Below are positions 15,321-24,723 of a stretch of DNA of 30,133 nucleotides, piece by piece (position 1 is the stretch's first letter; the number at the start of each line of letters is the position of its first letter). This DNA comes from a virus (Duplodnaviria > Caudoviricetes), in IMG/VR virus record IMGVR_UViG_3300033993_000453, positions 1-30,133 of that record. The stretch is one strand, 5' to 3'. Under the pieces are notes generated by a model. It did not search any database. It was not told where the DNA came from and saw nothing but the letters and a program-made list of their open reading frames with translations. The position numbers and the translations under genes were made by a program.

Positions 15321-16001
15321 CTATGCTGGTTTCCCGCGTTTGATAAAACCGTCAAGGCCAACCCGTCGCGGGATTTGGCCAGTGCGAACTAAGTATTCAA
15401 AGTTGACCGATTGCCGCATGTTTTCGCTGAAGCGCGTTTGCATGACATCCACGACACGCTTTTGGTTATTGACACTGGCAAACATGCCCCAGACCGTGAT
15501 GCCTTGCAGGAACTTCAGGCGGGTCCGTCGCTTTGCTGTCTTCTCGTCTTTGTTGCCGCCTTTGTTGATGTGCGACACGTTCTGGATGGCGACCCAGATT
15601 GGCTTGTTCTTCGGGTAGGCAAACGCGCCGGGGATGAACGCTTTGCCTTTGCCTCGCAGCGTTTTATAGGTGACGCCCCCGCCTTTTTTCTGCACTTGCT
15701 TTGCCCCGAACTTGGCAAGGCCAGGCCGGCGTTCTGGATGAATAGTTAGTTTGCCAGTCGTGTCTGCAGGCTTGGCGCGGTGCATGACAATCCCGTCGAT
15801 GACATCGGCCTGCTTAATGTTGTATTTTTCAGAAATCAGGCGTGCCGACTCGCGCTTGCCTTGCTTCAGTGACGTGTTGACCGCGCGTGCCACAGCAGCC
15901 CGTAAGGCTTTTGGATACGCCTTGAGCTGTTCCGCAAACGATTCCATCTGCGAGGTGTCGATGCTGAAACTCAGCGGGGGTGCTTTGCTCAGGTCTGCCA
16001 T
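15321..16001 (-). CDS. Minor tail protein Z-like (neck/tail completion)
   Basis: Basic; AVARAVN...ISEKYNIKQADV...FIPGAF pattern; position between joining proteins and tube. Confidence 0.7.
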   Translation of the reverse strand: MADLSKAPPLSFSIDTSQMESFAEQLKAYPKALRAAVARAVNTSLKQGKRESARLISEKYNIKQADVIDGIVMHRAKPADTTGKLTIHPERRPGLAKFGAKQVQKKGGGVTYKTLRGKGKAFIPGAFAYPKNKPIWVAIQNVSHINKGGNKDEKTAKRRTRLKFLQGITVWGMFASVNNQKRVVDVMQTRFSENMRQSVNFEYLVRTGQIPRRVGLDGFIKRGKPA

Positions 16002-16004
16002 CTG

Positions 16005-16490
16005 CTAACTCCTCACCGTGTACGGGCTGTTTTCGTCGGTGCGGAATGTTACGGTCATCGTCAACTTGAACCCACTGGACTCCTCGGTCGTCACATCTTC
16101 GACGGTGCTGATCTCCGTCAGAATCGCCAGCGTGTCCCAGTTGTGCCAACTGGCCTGCGGCGTGCAGATGGCCTTGATGCAGTCTGCGGCAAACTGGTTG
16201 CGCAGCGTGTCGATTTTGCTGGTGCTGGACTCGCTCGGCATCAGCAGGCCGGCGACGATAACCTCCAAGTCCCACGCAGTCGCAGGCGGGTTACCGGGGT
16301 GCGACAGGTCCGCATTGCGCTCAAGCGTGCCTTGCGTGACGACCAACTGCAGGTCTTGCGGCCGGAAACCGCCGTAACGGGTTGGCCGGACAACTTCGGA
16401 CACGGTGACCTCAAACCCACCGCTGGTCTTGATAGTAGCCAGCCGGGTCCGCACCTTGTCGACGATTTGCTCCGCCACTGCTGTCGCCAT
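16005..16490 (-). CDS. Putative tail terminator protein
   Basis: EQIVDKVRTRLATIKTSGGF start, terminal VTFRTDENSPY; position. Confidence 0.65.
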   Translation of the reverse strand: MATAVAEQIVDKVRTRLATIKTSGGFEVTVSEVVRPTRYGGFRPQDLQLVVTQGTLERNADLSHPGNPPATAWDLEVIVAGLLMPSESSTSKIDTLRNQFAADCIKAICTPQASWHNWDTLAILTEISTVEDVTTEESSGFKLTMTVTFRTDENSPYTVRS

Positions 16491-16849
16491 TAAGGACTTC
16501 CGCTAAGTGCAAGAACCAGAACGCCGCTATCGTCGGACAGCTTGCGGACGACCGTGAACCGACTCACAGCCGCATCATCAACACGCTTTTTGACCTCGAC
16601 GCTGTCGCTGCCGCGATTAACTTCGTTGCTTAGCACGCCGCTGGTGGCATGCCGCTTCAGCCGGATCACGATGTCAATTTGCATCGGGTTTCCGGCTTGG
16701 TCGAAAATCGCCGGCGGGTTCCGTTCGATAATGGCGTCAATCGAACGGCTACCCCCGCCGGCAAAGTAATAGGTGACCGGCTCCCCGAACTCGGCGAGTA
16801 GTTGGGGGAACGCGGCCGCCTGAAATACCTGATCAAACCGACTCGCCAC
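16490..16849 (-). CDS. Head-tail joining protein (FII-like)
   Basis: LLAEFGEPVTY...IDAIIER; directly after the capsid gene. Confidence 0.65.
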   Translation of the reverse strand: MASRFDQVFQAAAFPQLLAEFGEPVTYYFAGGGSRSIDAIIERNPPAIFDQAGNPMQIDIVIRLKRHATSGVLSNEVNRGSDSVEVKKRVDDAAVSRFTVVRKLSDDSGVLVLALSGSP

Positions 16850-16867
16850 GGTTGCCGTCCTTCGTCA

Positions 16868-17845
16868 CTAGGTGGTGATGTTGGACAGCAGGTGCCCGGC
16901 TTGCGGGTAAAGCACAACTTCGTCCACGTCGTGCCGGACGCGGATGATGTTGGCGCGGACGATTTCGTCCCGGTAGCTTTCCACGGTGCCGCCCATGCTG
17001 CTGCCGTCTTCCGACCAGTGGAAGATGCGACCGACGCACGGTTCAGCCATGTCGCTGCTGGTGGCAACGCGGCAGATCATGGCGTATTCGTCCGACCAGA
17101 TTTGGCCAGGCGAAACGGTTTGACCTTCCTTTGCGCTGTTCTTGGAAGCACCAGCAACGATCACCATTTCCAGCCCGAACACCCGCGCCAATTGCTCGGC
17201 GGTGATGTCGGACTGCTTGGCAGCGTCACCCGCGCCACCCGACTCGATGGCGTCGATGACTTGGGCACAGCGTCGCAGGTTGCGGAAAACCTTCTGGTTC
17301 ACGATCAGGGCATTGGCCCACAGGCCGCTGCCGTCGTAAACCTTCTTGACTGCCGCATCAACGTCGGTGATCGGCACAGCGTTGGCCACGTCATCCCATT
17401 CGTTGGTGATGCCAGTGGTCAGGCTGGCACCGTTCCAAGTGGTTGCGTTGAACACTGCGTCAGCGACACGCTGCTCGGCGTTCCGCAGAACGGCAGAAAA
17501 TGCCCGCATGGTCGAAACTTGCTCAGCGTCGAAATACTCGCGGTACATCTTCGCCTGGCGATCATCGACCGGCTCTTCTGCACCGTGTTCTTCGCAGGCG
17601 AAGCTTCCGGTGGTGAAGGTGAAGTTGCCGCGGCTGTAACCGCTGCCGGGTGCGCGGTTGGTGGTCCGCTGCTGTAGCAGTTGCTCTACCGGAATGATGC
17701 CGAAGACGCCGGCTTGGCTGGCGACATCGACAACGGGAAAGACCTTGGTGGCGACGTAGCCGAGGCGGTCGCTTTCAAGGTCGAACTCCAAAAAGCTGGC
17801 CAAGTCTGGCCGCAGTGTGGTTAATGCACTGGTAGGTGATGGCAT
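16868..17845 (-). CDS. Major capsid protein (lambda gpE-like/HK97 fold)
   Basis: AAGGAG RBS; VATKVFPVVDV, RAPGS, CEEHGAEEPVDD, EQRVA, W.D...A.PI.D motifs; position after protease and cement genes. Confidence 0.88.
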   Translation of the reverse strand: MPSPTSALTTLRPDLASFLEFDLESDRLGYVATKVFPVVDVASQAGVFGIIPVEQLLQQRTTNRAPGSGYSRGNFTFTTGSFACEEHGAEEPVDDRQAKMYREYFDAEQVSTMRAFSAVLRNAEQRVADAVFNATTWNGASLTTGITNEWDDVANAVPITDVDAAVKKVYDGSGLWANALIVNQKVFRNLRRCAQVIDAIESGGAGDAAKQSDITAEQLARVFGLEMVIVAGASKNSAKEGQTVSPGQIWSDEYAMICRVATSSDMAEPCVGRIFHWSEDGSSMGGTVESYRDEIVRANIIRVRHDVDEVVLYPQAGHLLSNITT

Positions 17846-17873
17846 GTGAAAGCTCCTTTTTCAGTTTTGGTTA

Positions 17874-18614
17874 TTAGGCGTCGACGACGTAGCTGAGAAG
17901 TACGTCGATGTTGGTGGACGTGGTCAGTGTGCCCGATGCGGTCAAGGTGATCGCAGTGTTGGCATCGCATGGCGCGAACGATGCACCGTCTGCGAGGATG
18001 CTGGAGTTGGCGGTAACGCCAGCCAATACGCGGGTGCTTTGGGTCAAAGCGCCTACGGTGTTGCTGACCAGCTGCACGCCAGAGGCGGCTTGGGTGGCAG
18101 AGATACGTACGGCAGTTGCGCCAGCCGCATTGCCGCCGATGGAAATCATCGTCGCATCGACGAGCCGGTAACTGCGGCCGGGAATCGCTGGCAGCAGGGT
18201 CGAGCCAGCGTTGACGTTGGCCGTGGTTACTCGCGCCCGCAGGTGCTGCACGCCGCCAGTGTTGCCGTCGACCAAGACTTCGATCACGTCATTGTCGGCA
18301 GTGGCGGCTTCGAGTGCCGTGCCGTAGCGAACGGATCCGCTTGCGCCGACCTTGCCCGATGCGGCCAGATAAACCGGGTCGCCGACAGTGATCGCGGCGT
18401 TGGCCACGCACTTGCGGGTGCCCATCGCGCTGTTCAGCCGAACACCGACCTGCTCATTGGCAGCCGTTGCCGGGTCTTCCATCGTTCCGATGCCGTAGTC
18501 GTTTGCTCCTGCAAGTGCCAGCGTGTTGCTGGATGTGAGGTAGACTCGCAAGAACTGACCGATTGCAGCCCCGGCGGTAAAGCCTCGGACTGATGCTTCT
18601 GCATATTGACTCAT
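17874..18614 (-). CDS. Capsid cement/decoration protein (DUF2190-like) with additional C-terminal domain
   Basis: N-terminal approximately 115 aa with AAITVGDPVY...G.ALEAATADNDVIEV; further approximately 130 aa Ala/Thr-rich beta domain; AAGGAG RBS. Confidence 0.78.
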   Translation of the reverse strand: MSQYAEASVRGFTAGAAIGQFLRVYLTSSNTLALAGANDYGIGTMEDPATAANEQVGVRLNSAMGTRKCVANAAITVGDPVYLAASGKVGASGSVRYGTALEAATADNDVIEVLVDGNTGGVQHLRARVTTANVNAGSTLLPAIPGRSYRLVDATMISIGGNAAGATAVRISATQAASGVQLVSNTVGALTQSTRVLAGVTANSSILADGASFAPCDANTAITLTASGTLTTSTNIDVLLSYVVDA

Positions 18615-18635
18615 GTTTTCGCTCCTTGTGTTTGT

Positions 18636-19721
18636 TTACTTGTTGTTTGCTTCGGCGATGACCGCATCACGCAGGCCAGCGTGTTCGCGTGCCGCCTTGC
18701 GAGCAGCGTCTGCCTTCTTCATGCCTTGCGCCGTGTAGGTTGCGACAACGCCTTGCCACTGGGCCTTGGCACTGGCGACCGGCTTTGAGGCGGTGACAGA
18801 CGCCACCGGAGCCACGCCAAGACGAGCCTTGGCGGCTGGCATCGTGACCATCTGTTCCTTGTCGTCTTCTTCGACTTCGGCGACGGTCGTCTCTTGGGCC
18901 TTAGCCTTGAGTGCAACCATCTCCTCTTCCATCGCTGCGAGCTTGGCCTTGAGCTGTTCGTTCTCGGTCATCATCTCGCTGTAATACATTTCGGCGACTT
19001 GGTCTTCGGTCATCTCGGCAGCGACTGCCTTGACGATGAAGTCCGACGACGCCTTGCCGAAGCGAGCCTGAATGAATTTCACGGTCGCGACGGGCTTGGG
19101 ATTGCTGCTCATGGGATTTGTCTCCGTTTGGTCAGCAGTTTCGCCGCACGAGTCGCCGCTGACGTTCAGCGACTGATTGACCCGCTCCGGCATGTTTCCT
19201 GTAAATCTGGCAACGGCCACGCTCTTGCGGGCAGTCGGCAGAATTGAATCGACGTAGCCGCTGGCCTGTGCCTCGCGGGCATCCAGCCAAGTCTCGGCAC
19301 GCATCGCGGCCTCGACTTCTTCGCGGCTCTTTCCTGTCTTGGTTGCGTAGGCGCTCACCATGCTGTCCCGCAGCTTGCCTAGCAGGTCGGCTTGCTTCTG
19401 CAGCTCTTCGCTGTCGCCTTCGGTCACGGTGTACGGGTTGTGCAGCATCAGGTAGCCGTTCTCGGTAATCTCTACCTTGCCTGCCGCCATTGCGATGAAG
19501 CTGGCGATGCTGAACGCACTGGACTCAACGATGGCCCGCACTGGTCCCGGCCATGCGGTGATTGCGTCATGGATGCCCAGGCCGTCAAACACGCTGCCGC
19601 CTTCGCTGTCGATGCGAATCACCAGCTCCTGCGACGGGTCACAATCAGCCAGCAGCGACTTGAACGTCGCACTGGTGATGCCGGGGTAGCCGATGCTGCC
19701 GTAGAGTTTGATTTCATTCAT
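18636..19721 (-). CDS. ClpP-type prohead protease fused to scaffold domain
   Basis: IDSEGGSVFDG, AFSIAS (catalytic Ser), LMLHNP (His), ETWLDAREA; coiled-coil C-terminal region. Confidence 0.92.
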   Translation of the reverse strand: MNEIKLYGSIGYPGITSATFKSLLADCDPSQELVIRIDSEGGSVFDGLGIHDAITAWPGPVRAIVESSAFSIASFIAMAAGKVEITENGYLMLHNPYTVTEGDSEELQKQADLLGKLRDSMVSAYATKTGKSREEVEAAMRAETWLDAREAQASGYVDSILPTARKSVAVARFTGNMPERVNQSLNVSGDSCGETADQTETNPMSSNPKPVATVKFIQARFGKASSDFIVKAVAAEMTEDQVAEMYYSEMMTENEQLKAKLAAMEEEMVALKAKAQETTVAEVEEDDKEQMVTMPAAKARLGVAPVASVTASKPVASAKAQWQGVVATYTAQGMKKADAARKAAREHAGLRDAVIAEANNK

Positions 19722-21540
19722 CGGTCAACTGCTCCTCTGGCGTGTCAATCGTGCCGTCACTGGCGTCTTCGATGTAGACGTCAATCTTGCTGGCCGGAAC
19801 GCCGAGACTGTCCAGTTCGAGCCGTGCCCGCCGCTCGCTGATTTGCCCGCCAGTCAATTCTTTCAGGATGTCGTTGATGGCCTTGCGTGCGTTCTGCCAG
19901 TTCTTCCGGCCCACGCCGACCATTTCGGCGGTCGGTGCCTGCTCGGCAGCCGTCGCTTCCGCTTGTGCCTCGGCCTGCTGCACCATTGCCTGACTGTCCT
20001 GCATGGTCATCTGGATGCCGCTTGGCATCGGCAGGCTGATTAGTTCACGCCAATGCACGGGTGCATTGTCTTGAAATTGGCCGTTAATAGCCTTGGCCTG
20101 CTGCTTGGCGCGGATAATGGCGTAACTCATGTCTTCGACAATTTCGTCCGCCACTTCCTCCCAGTCCCGTCCGCCTTCGGCATGTAGCCGGCGTGGGCTG
20201 GTCAGTGCGTTCTGGATTCGCAGCGCGTCGCCCTGTGCATCTGCCACCGGGTCGATGTATTGCCACGTCGGCGGGTTCCAGCGATGGCCGAAAATGTTGA
20301 TGCCTTCGACCTTGGCAGCTGCAGCCAGTGCCCGGTCTTCCGCAATCCACTGCCGCAGTTTGAACTCATAAACTGGCTTGTGCAGCCGGTTCAGCAGGTT
20401 GGTCTGGTTGGCCCTGAAACCCTTGCGGGCCTCGTCCACCGCGCCACGCCAGCCGCTAAAGTTGGTCTCGCTGCCATCCATCAGCACCAGGCACAGCGGC
20501 AGCCCAAGGTTTACGCCGATGATTTGAAGCATCAGCTTGACGTGGTCGAAGAATTCAGCGTTCGGCACGTTCGGGCTGAACCCTTGCAGTTCCTCGCCTT
20601 CGCCCCCGATGATTTCCATGCCGGGACCGATGTTTTCGATGTAGCGGGTGCCGGCTCCCGTCTGCTCCGTTTCCGGCAGGCCGTAGCCATCGGTAGACGG
20701 AAGCGGGCCGCCACCGGCAATCGGGTTGCGTTTGCGGAAAATGGCAAAGCAGGAAACCACCTGCTGCTGGACCAACTTCGCGAAGTTAATGTCCTCGAAC
20801 ATCCCGGCGACAGAAAAGATGGGTGCCAGTGCCGTGACGCCGCGGGTCTGGTTTACCCGGCGAGGGTTGTAAACGTGAAATAGCACTCGGTCGCCGTTCT
20901 CGTCTCGCACGTCGATAGGGACTGCGGTTTCCTTTTGGTTGCCCACGACAGCCAAGACGCCACCGTCCCGCTTGTCGGCCGAGTACCAGTAACGGGTCCG
21001 CCGGCCGTAATCGTCACGGGTGACGCCCAAAAACGTGTTTTCTTGCGGCGTGATGGTTTGGATGCTGTGCGCTTCAATTAGCTGTATCTGCCCGCCGGCT
21101 GTGCCAAGGACGACCATATCGCCGTCCAGCAGAACCGACCGCATGACGTGCCGTTCCACGTCCTGCCAAGTGAACTCGCCGGCCATGTCGCAGTCGTCAG
21201 GCGATGCAGTCCACGCCTGCCAGCGATTCCACAGTTCAAGGTCCAGCGACGGGTCGCCCGTGCGAACGTCCAAGGAAAACCCGTCCTGCACAATATTGGC
21301 AACTGCCCGGTCGATGGTCTGCCCGACGATGGCGTCGTTGCGGTCCATGTCGCGGGCTTTTTCGATGTCGCGATAATAGAATTCTTCCGTGCGGTAATGG
21401 AAATCAGCACTGCCCCCGCGCGGGGCAAGGCCAACACGGCGACGGATGAACCGGCTTTCCCGGCTCATGTCGTAATCAGCGCGAATCGTGTCAAACGTGT
21501 TCGCAATGGTTTTCTTTTGCCGGCGTGGCGTTGCCGTCAT
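19714..21540 (-). CDS. Portal protein, lambda family
   Basis: ARDMDRND, QTRGVTALAP, D.S.TNFSGWR, W.PP.W.YIDP..D motifs. Confidence 0.93.
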   Translation of the reverse strand: MTATPRRQKKTIANTFDTIRADYDMSRESRFIRRRVGLAPRGGSADFHYRTEEFYYRDIEKARDMDRNDAIVGQTIDRAVANIVQDGFSLDVRTGDPSLDLELWNRWQAWTASPDDCDMAGEFTWQDVERHVMRSVLLDGDMVVLGTAGGQIQLIEAHSIQTITPQENTFLGVTRDDYGRRTRYWYSADKRDGGVLAVVGNQKETAVPIDVRDENGDRVLFHVYNPRRVNQTRGVTALAPIFSVAGMFEDINFAKLVQQQVVSCFAIFRKRNPIAGGGPLPSTDGYGLPETEQTGAGTRYIENIGPGMEIIGGEGEELQGFSPNVPNAEFFDHVKLMLQIIGVNLGLPLCLVLMDGSETNFSGWRGAVDEARKGFRANQTNLLNRLHKPVYEFKLRQWIAEDRALAAAAKVEGINIFGHRWNPPTWQYIDPVADAQGDALRIQNALTSPRRLHAEGGRDWEEVADEIVEDMSYAIIRAKQQAKAINGQFQDNAPVHWRELISLPMPSGIQMTMQDSQAMVQQAEAQAEATAAEQAPTAEMVGVGRKNWQNARKAINDILKELTGGQISERRARLELDSLGVPASKIDVYIEDASDGTIDTPEEQLTDE

Positions 21541-21818
21541 CTGAATCCTTGGCTGATGCCTAGAAACCGAACACGGGACTGGCTGGCTGCTGCCGTATCC
21601 TTGGCAGCGACAAACGACTGGGCGCGCGCCAGCATCTGCATGACTTCCGGCTTGCTGCGGGTCAGGCTGCTGCCTTGGTTGGACGCACTCGCGGCCGCAA
21701 GGATGATCCAGCGTTTGGCCGCAGTGATGAAACTTTTGGCGCGGCTAACGCTGTCCGTCTCCTCGAAGTCGGAGTATTCCAGCAAGTCGTCTTCGACAGT
21801 GGTGAGGTCGTATGACAT
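21537..21818 (-). CDS. Putative head-tail adaptor (gpW-like position)
   Basis: 93 aa gene ATGA-coupled to the portal gene; mostly positional. Confidence 0.55.
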   Translation of the reverse strand: MSYDLTTVEDDLLEYSDFEETDSVSRAKSFITAAKRWIILAAASASNQGSSLTRSKPEVMQMLARAQSFVAAKDTAAASQSRVRFLGISQGFR

Positions 21819-21873
21819 GCCGAAATATTAGCCGCAGACCTGCGTTTTACTGCCAGAAAACCAGCACGGGAAA

Positions 21874-21892
21874 CCTACGGAATTTCCGTAGG
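21874..21892. promoter_or_regulatory. Perfect inverted repeat CCTACGGAA-T-TTCCGTAGG
   Basis: 9-bp arms in the intergenic gap preceding the head genes; operator or terminator not resolved. Confidence 0.6.
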
Positions 21893-21893
21893 C

Positions 21894-22238
21894 TTAGCCG
21901 GCAATGGATTCCAGCAGCCACTTAATGGCGTTTGATGGGTTGTTGATGCGACTGCCATTGGCGAGCTTTGCCCCTTGGCTGCTCAGGGCCTCCTGCAATT
22001 GCCGCAGGGCCTGCGACTGGCGACCGGTCAGTTTCCGCACATCGCACACCCGTGGCAGGTAGCCAAACGGGATTTGCGCCAGTGGCACGCTGACCGTGCG
22101 GCTGGTGACCGGGGGAGCCTCGACCGCCACCGACTGCATAGCCTCCGCTGCCATGTCGTAACCTCGCACCTGTTCCACGCCGCCGACTTCGACTTCGTCA
22201 ATTGTCGGCAGGTCCGTCTTTGCCTTGTTTTTCGCCAT
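21894..22238 (-). CDS. Hypothetical protein, possible DNA-binding C-terminal domain
   Basis: KLTGRQSQALRQL...NPSNAIKWLLESI resembles a ribbon-helix-helix-like arrangement; follows terminase. Confidence 0.55.
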   Translation of the reverse strand: MAKNKAKTDLPTIDEVEVGGVEQVRGYDMAAEAMQSVAVEAPPVTSRTVSVPLAQIPFGYLPRVCDVRKLTGRQSQALRQLQEALSSQGAKLANGSRINNPSNAIKWLLESIAG

Positions 22239-22242
22239 TCGC

Positions 22243-24369
22243 TCACTTCCGTTGAGTTGCGACGAAAGCCTGACCGTGCGGCGTGCTGGACACGATGCCC
22301 GCCCGATTCCGCACAGTCTGCCCTGCCGCCTGTTTCTTGTTGGCCGCTGCGACCAGTTGCTGACTGGTCACCCGTGGGATCAGCCGGATGCCCAGACACC
22401 CGGCAGCTGCACAGGCCAGCGCGGTCGCGTCCAGCCAGTGGTTGTTTTTGCTGACTTCGCGCCACTTGCGGGTCATGCCTTTGCCTGGCACGAATAGTTC
22501 CTCCCGCATTTCGGCCACAATGTGATGGCTGAAGCTGACGTGCTTTTTCTTGTCGTCGCTGACGTACAGGCTTAGGCTGCCGTCGTTGAACTGGTGGGCC
22601 TCGTTAAACGTCGCCGTGACAAAGCGTTCTTGAAGCCAGCCCTTCCAGTGTTCGGTGTCGACCACGTACAACCACACCCGCTCCTGCGGCTGGTGGTTGG
22701 CATAGCAGCGATCAAATAGCCGGCGGGTGCCCGACTCGGTGCCCATGTGGAACTTGCTGGAAGCGTAACCTTTGGACGCCGCAAACGGTGTCCCGCCTGC
22801 CCGCCGGATGAACTCATACACTGCCGGCGAATAGTCGCCCGAATCGACAAGGCAGAATTCCGGCGGGTTGCTGGCCATGATGTCGCTGCGCCAGCCCAGC
22901 AGACTGTTCAGCAGTGCAACTTCGACCGCTTGCGAATCGGTGGCCGCCTGCATGCCTGGCGTTTCCATCACGCCATAATCGATCACGACACCCGTGGCGT
23001 TTCCAAACCAAGCGATCTTGGTCCAGTGGCTGTAATATTTTCCGATGTCCAGCCCGCAGGTAATCCGCACGCCTTCGACCTTCGGCAGCTCGTTCCGCTC
23101 CAGCCCGCTTAGCCGGCTGGCGACTTTGTGCGCCGTAAGGCCCAGCGTCTCCGCTTGTTCCTCGTCCGGTGGTGCATTCTGGATTTCCGTCAGCACGTAG
23201 TTCAGGCCGTTATCGGCGATCAGGTTATAGACCGCCTGCAGGGCCGACAGTTCGATTGACTGGCCCTCACGGGTCATGGCGCGGCTGTAGCGTTCAGGGT
23301 TCAGCACGTCCGCTCCAGCGTCCATGTCCGCCCGGTTGGCGATATAGAACGCTGTAGCGTTGACCCCACACCCGTCGCCCGCCCGCTGTGCTTCCTGCCG
23401 CAGGTCCATGTACTGCTGCCACAGGTCCACCCGTTCCGGCCATTTGACCACACCGCTATACCGCCGGCCGTTCCAGCTCGGTGCCTTGGCTTGGTTGGTT
23501 AGTTTCTCCGCCAGGCATCGATTGTTCTGGATGGTGCAAAGCACGACACGGGACAGCCGCTTGCGCCCGTCCGCCAGCCCGGCCACGTCACGGTTCAAGA
23601 TGATGTCGCGCGTCTCCACTTGGTTTTCATGGAAGGCAGACTGCCGTGTTTCAGGGTCATCGACCAGCACGAAGTCCGGCCGGTTGCCACGGATGTTAAT
23701 GCCACGGATCGCGCTGTCCATTCCCGCCCACGCCATGCAGACGCCGCTGTAAGGACTGACGCCACCTTCGTGCCAAGGCTGGCCCTTGACCGTGGCTGGC
23801 AGTCCGTCAATTTTTCCGAACATCACCTCGACGTTCGACCACTTGATTTCCGTTAGCTTGCCATTGTGCGACTGCTTGGCTGCCCGCTGCGGCGTGCCCT
23901 CAAGCGCAGCACACGGGACACAGATTTCGGGGAAGTCTTCAATTAGGCGTTCGTTGCTGTCGAAGTGCCGCCGCACATCGTCAAAGATGCGGCTGGCAAA
24001 CGTGCCACTGGCAGCGATGATCAGCGGGAAACGAACCAGCCCCCGCAGAATCAAGTAGACGATCATGGCCTTGGTGATCTCTGTCTTGCCGTCGCCGCGG
24101 GGTGCCGCAATCGCTTGGTCGCCGCCAAACTCCGCCACATCGACAATTAGCTGCACCATTTCCCGCTGGTAATCCGCAAACGGTGACCAGAACCGATCTG
24201 GGAAGTAGTGCTTCAGAAACGCCATCGGGTCCGCCAGCAACTGCTGCCGGCGCGCCAAGTCGACCGGGGGCGGAATGACGATTGCATTCCGCTCCAGTTG
24301 CTTGCGCTCAGCATAGCGTGCCTGCTTGGACTGCTGGTCGCCGCTGAATTTCATCGCCGTGTTTATCAC
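22243..24369 (-). CDS. Terminase large subunit
   Basis: Walker A APRGDGKT, Walker B RPDFVLVDDPE, nuclease motifs CGLDIG, LVDSGD, NNHWLDA. Confidence 0.92.
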   Translation of the reverse strand: MINTAMKFSGDQQSKQARYAERKQLERNAIVIPPPVDLARRQQLLADPMAFLKHYFPDRFWSPFADYQREMVQLIVDVAEFGGDQAIAAPRGDGKTEITKAMIVYLILRGLVRFPLIIAASGTFASRIFDDVRRHFDSNERLIEDFPEICVPCAALEGTPQRAAKQSHNGKLTEIKWSNVEVMFGKIDGLPATVKGQPWHEGGVSPYSGVCMAWAGMDSAIRGINIRGNRPDFVLVDDPETRQSAFHENQVETRDIILNRDVAGLADGRKRLSRVVLCTIQNNRCLAEKLTNQAKAPSWNGRRYSGVVKWPERVDLWQQYMDLRQEAQRAGDGCGVNATAFYIANRADMDAGADVLNPERYSRAMTREGQSIELSALQAVYNLIADNGLNYVLTEIQNAPPDEEQAETLGLTAHKVASRLSGLERNELPKVEGVRITCGLDIGKYYSHWTKIAWFGNATGVVIDYGVMETPGMQAATDSQAVEVALLNSLLGWRSDIMASNPPEFCLVDSGDYSPAVYEFIRRAGGTPFAASKGYASSKFHMGTESGTRRLFDRCYANHQPQERVWLYVVDTEHWKGWLQERFVTATFNEAHQFNDGSLSLYVSDDKKKHVSFSHHIVAEMREELFVPGKGMTRKWREVSKNNHWLDATALACAAAGCLGIRLIPRVTSQQLVAAANKKQAAGQTVRNRAGIVSSTPHGQAFVATQRK

Positions 24370-24402
24370 TGACCCTCGCCTTGGTCCGTGCCTTGGTTTT
24401 TG

Positions 24403-24723
24403 TTACGCAATCGCCTCGACACCGGGTTCTAGAACTTCCGCAAACCGTTCGTCCAGCACCAGCCGCACCGCACGCCCGTCGCTCAGGATTGCCTTGACGC
24501 TCATTACATGCCGCGTTGATTCCAGCGTCGCGGTTTGCGCATCGGTCAGGCTGAACGTCGCCACGCCGCCAACCGGAATGGTCGACACCACCAGCCCAGC
24601 TGCGTCGGTCACGGCGTCAGTAGTCTTGATCGCCAAATAGCACTTCGTAACGGTCACGCCGCCAGGAATGCCAACCAGCGTTACATCAATGGTCACATCG
24701 CTCAGTCTGGCAATTTCGATCAT
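24403..24723 (-). CDS. Small Ig-like structural protein (BppU N-terminal-like)
   Basis: Beta-strand pattern with GVATFSLTDAQTATL; ATGA-coupled to the repeat protein. Confidence 0.5.
   Translation of the reverse strand: MIEIARLSDVTIDVTLVGIPGGVTVTKCYLAIKTTDAVTDAAGLVVSTIPVGGVATFSLTDAQTATLESTRHVMSVKAILSDGRAVRLVLDERFAEVLEPGVEAIA

Noticed and set aside
16802-17677. 291 aa plus-strand ORF and the many other plus-strand ORFs over structural genes
   Set aside because: Antisense shadows of GC-rich coding sequence, with no motifs or RBS; the opposite strand holds well-supported genes.
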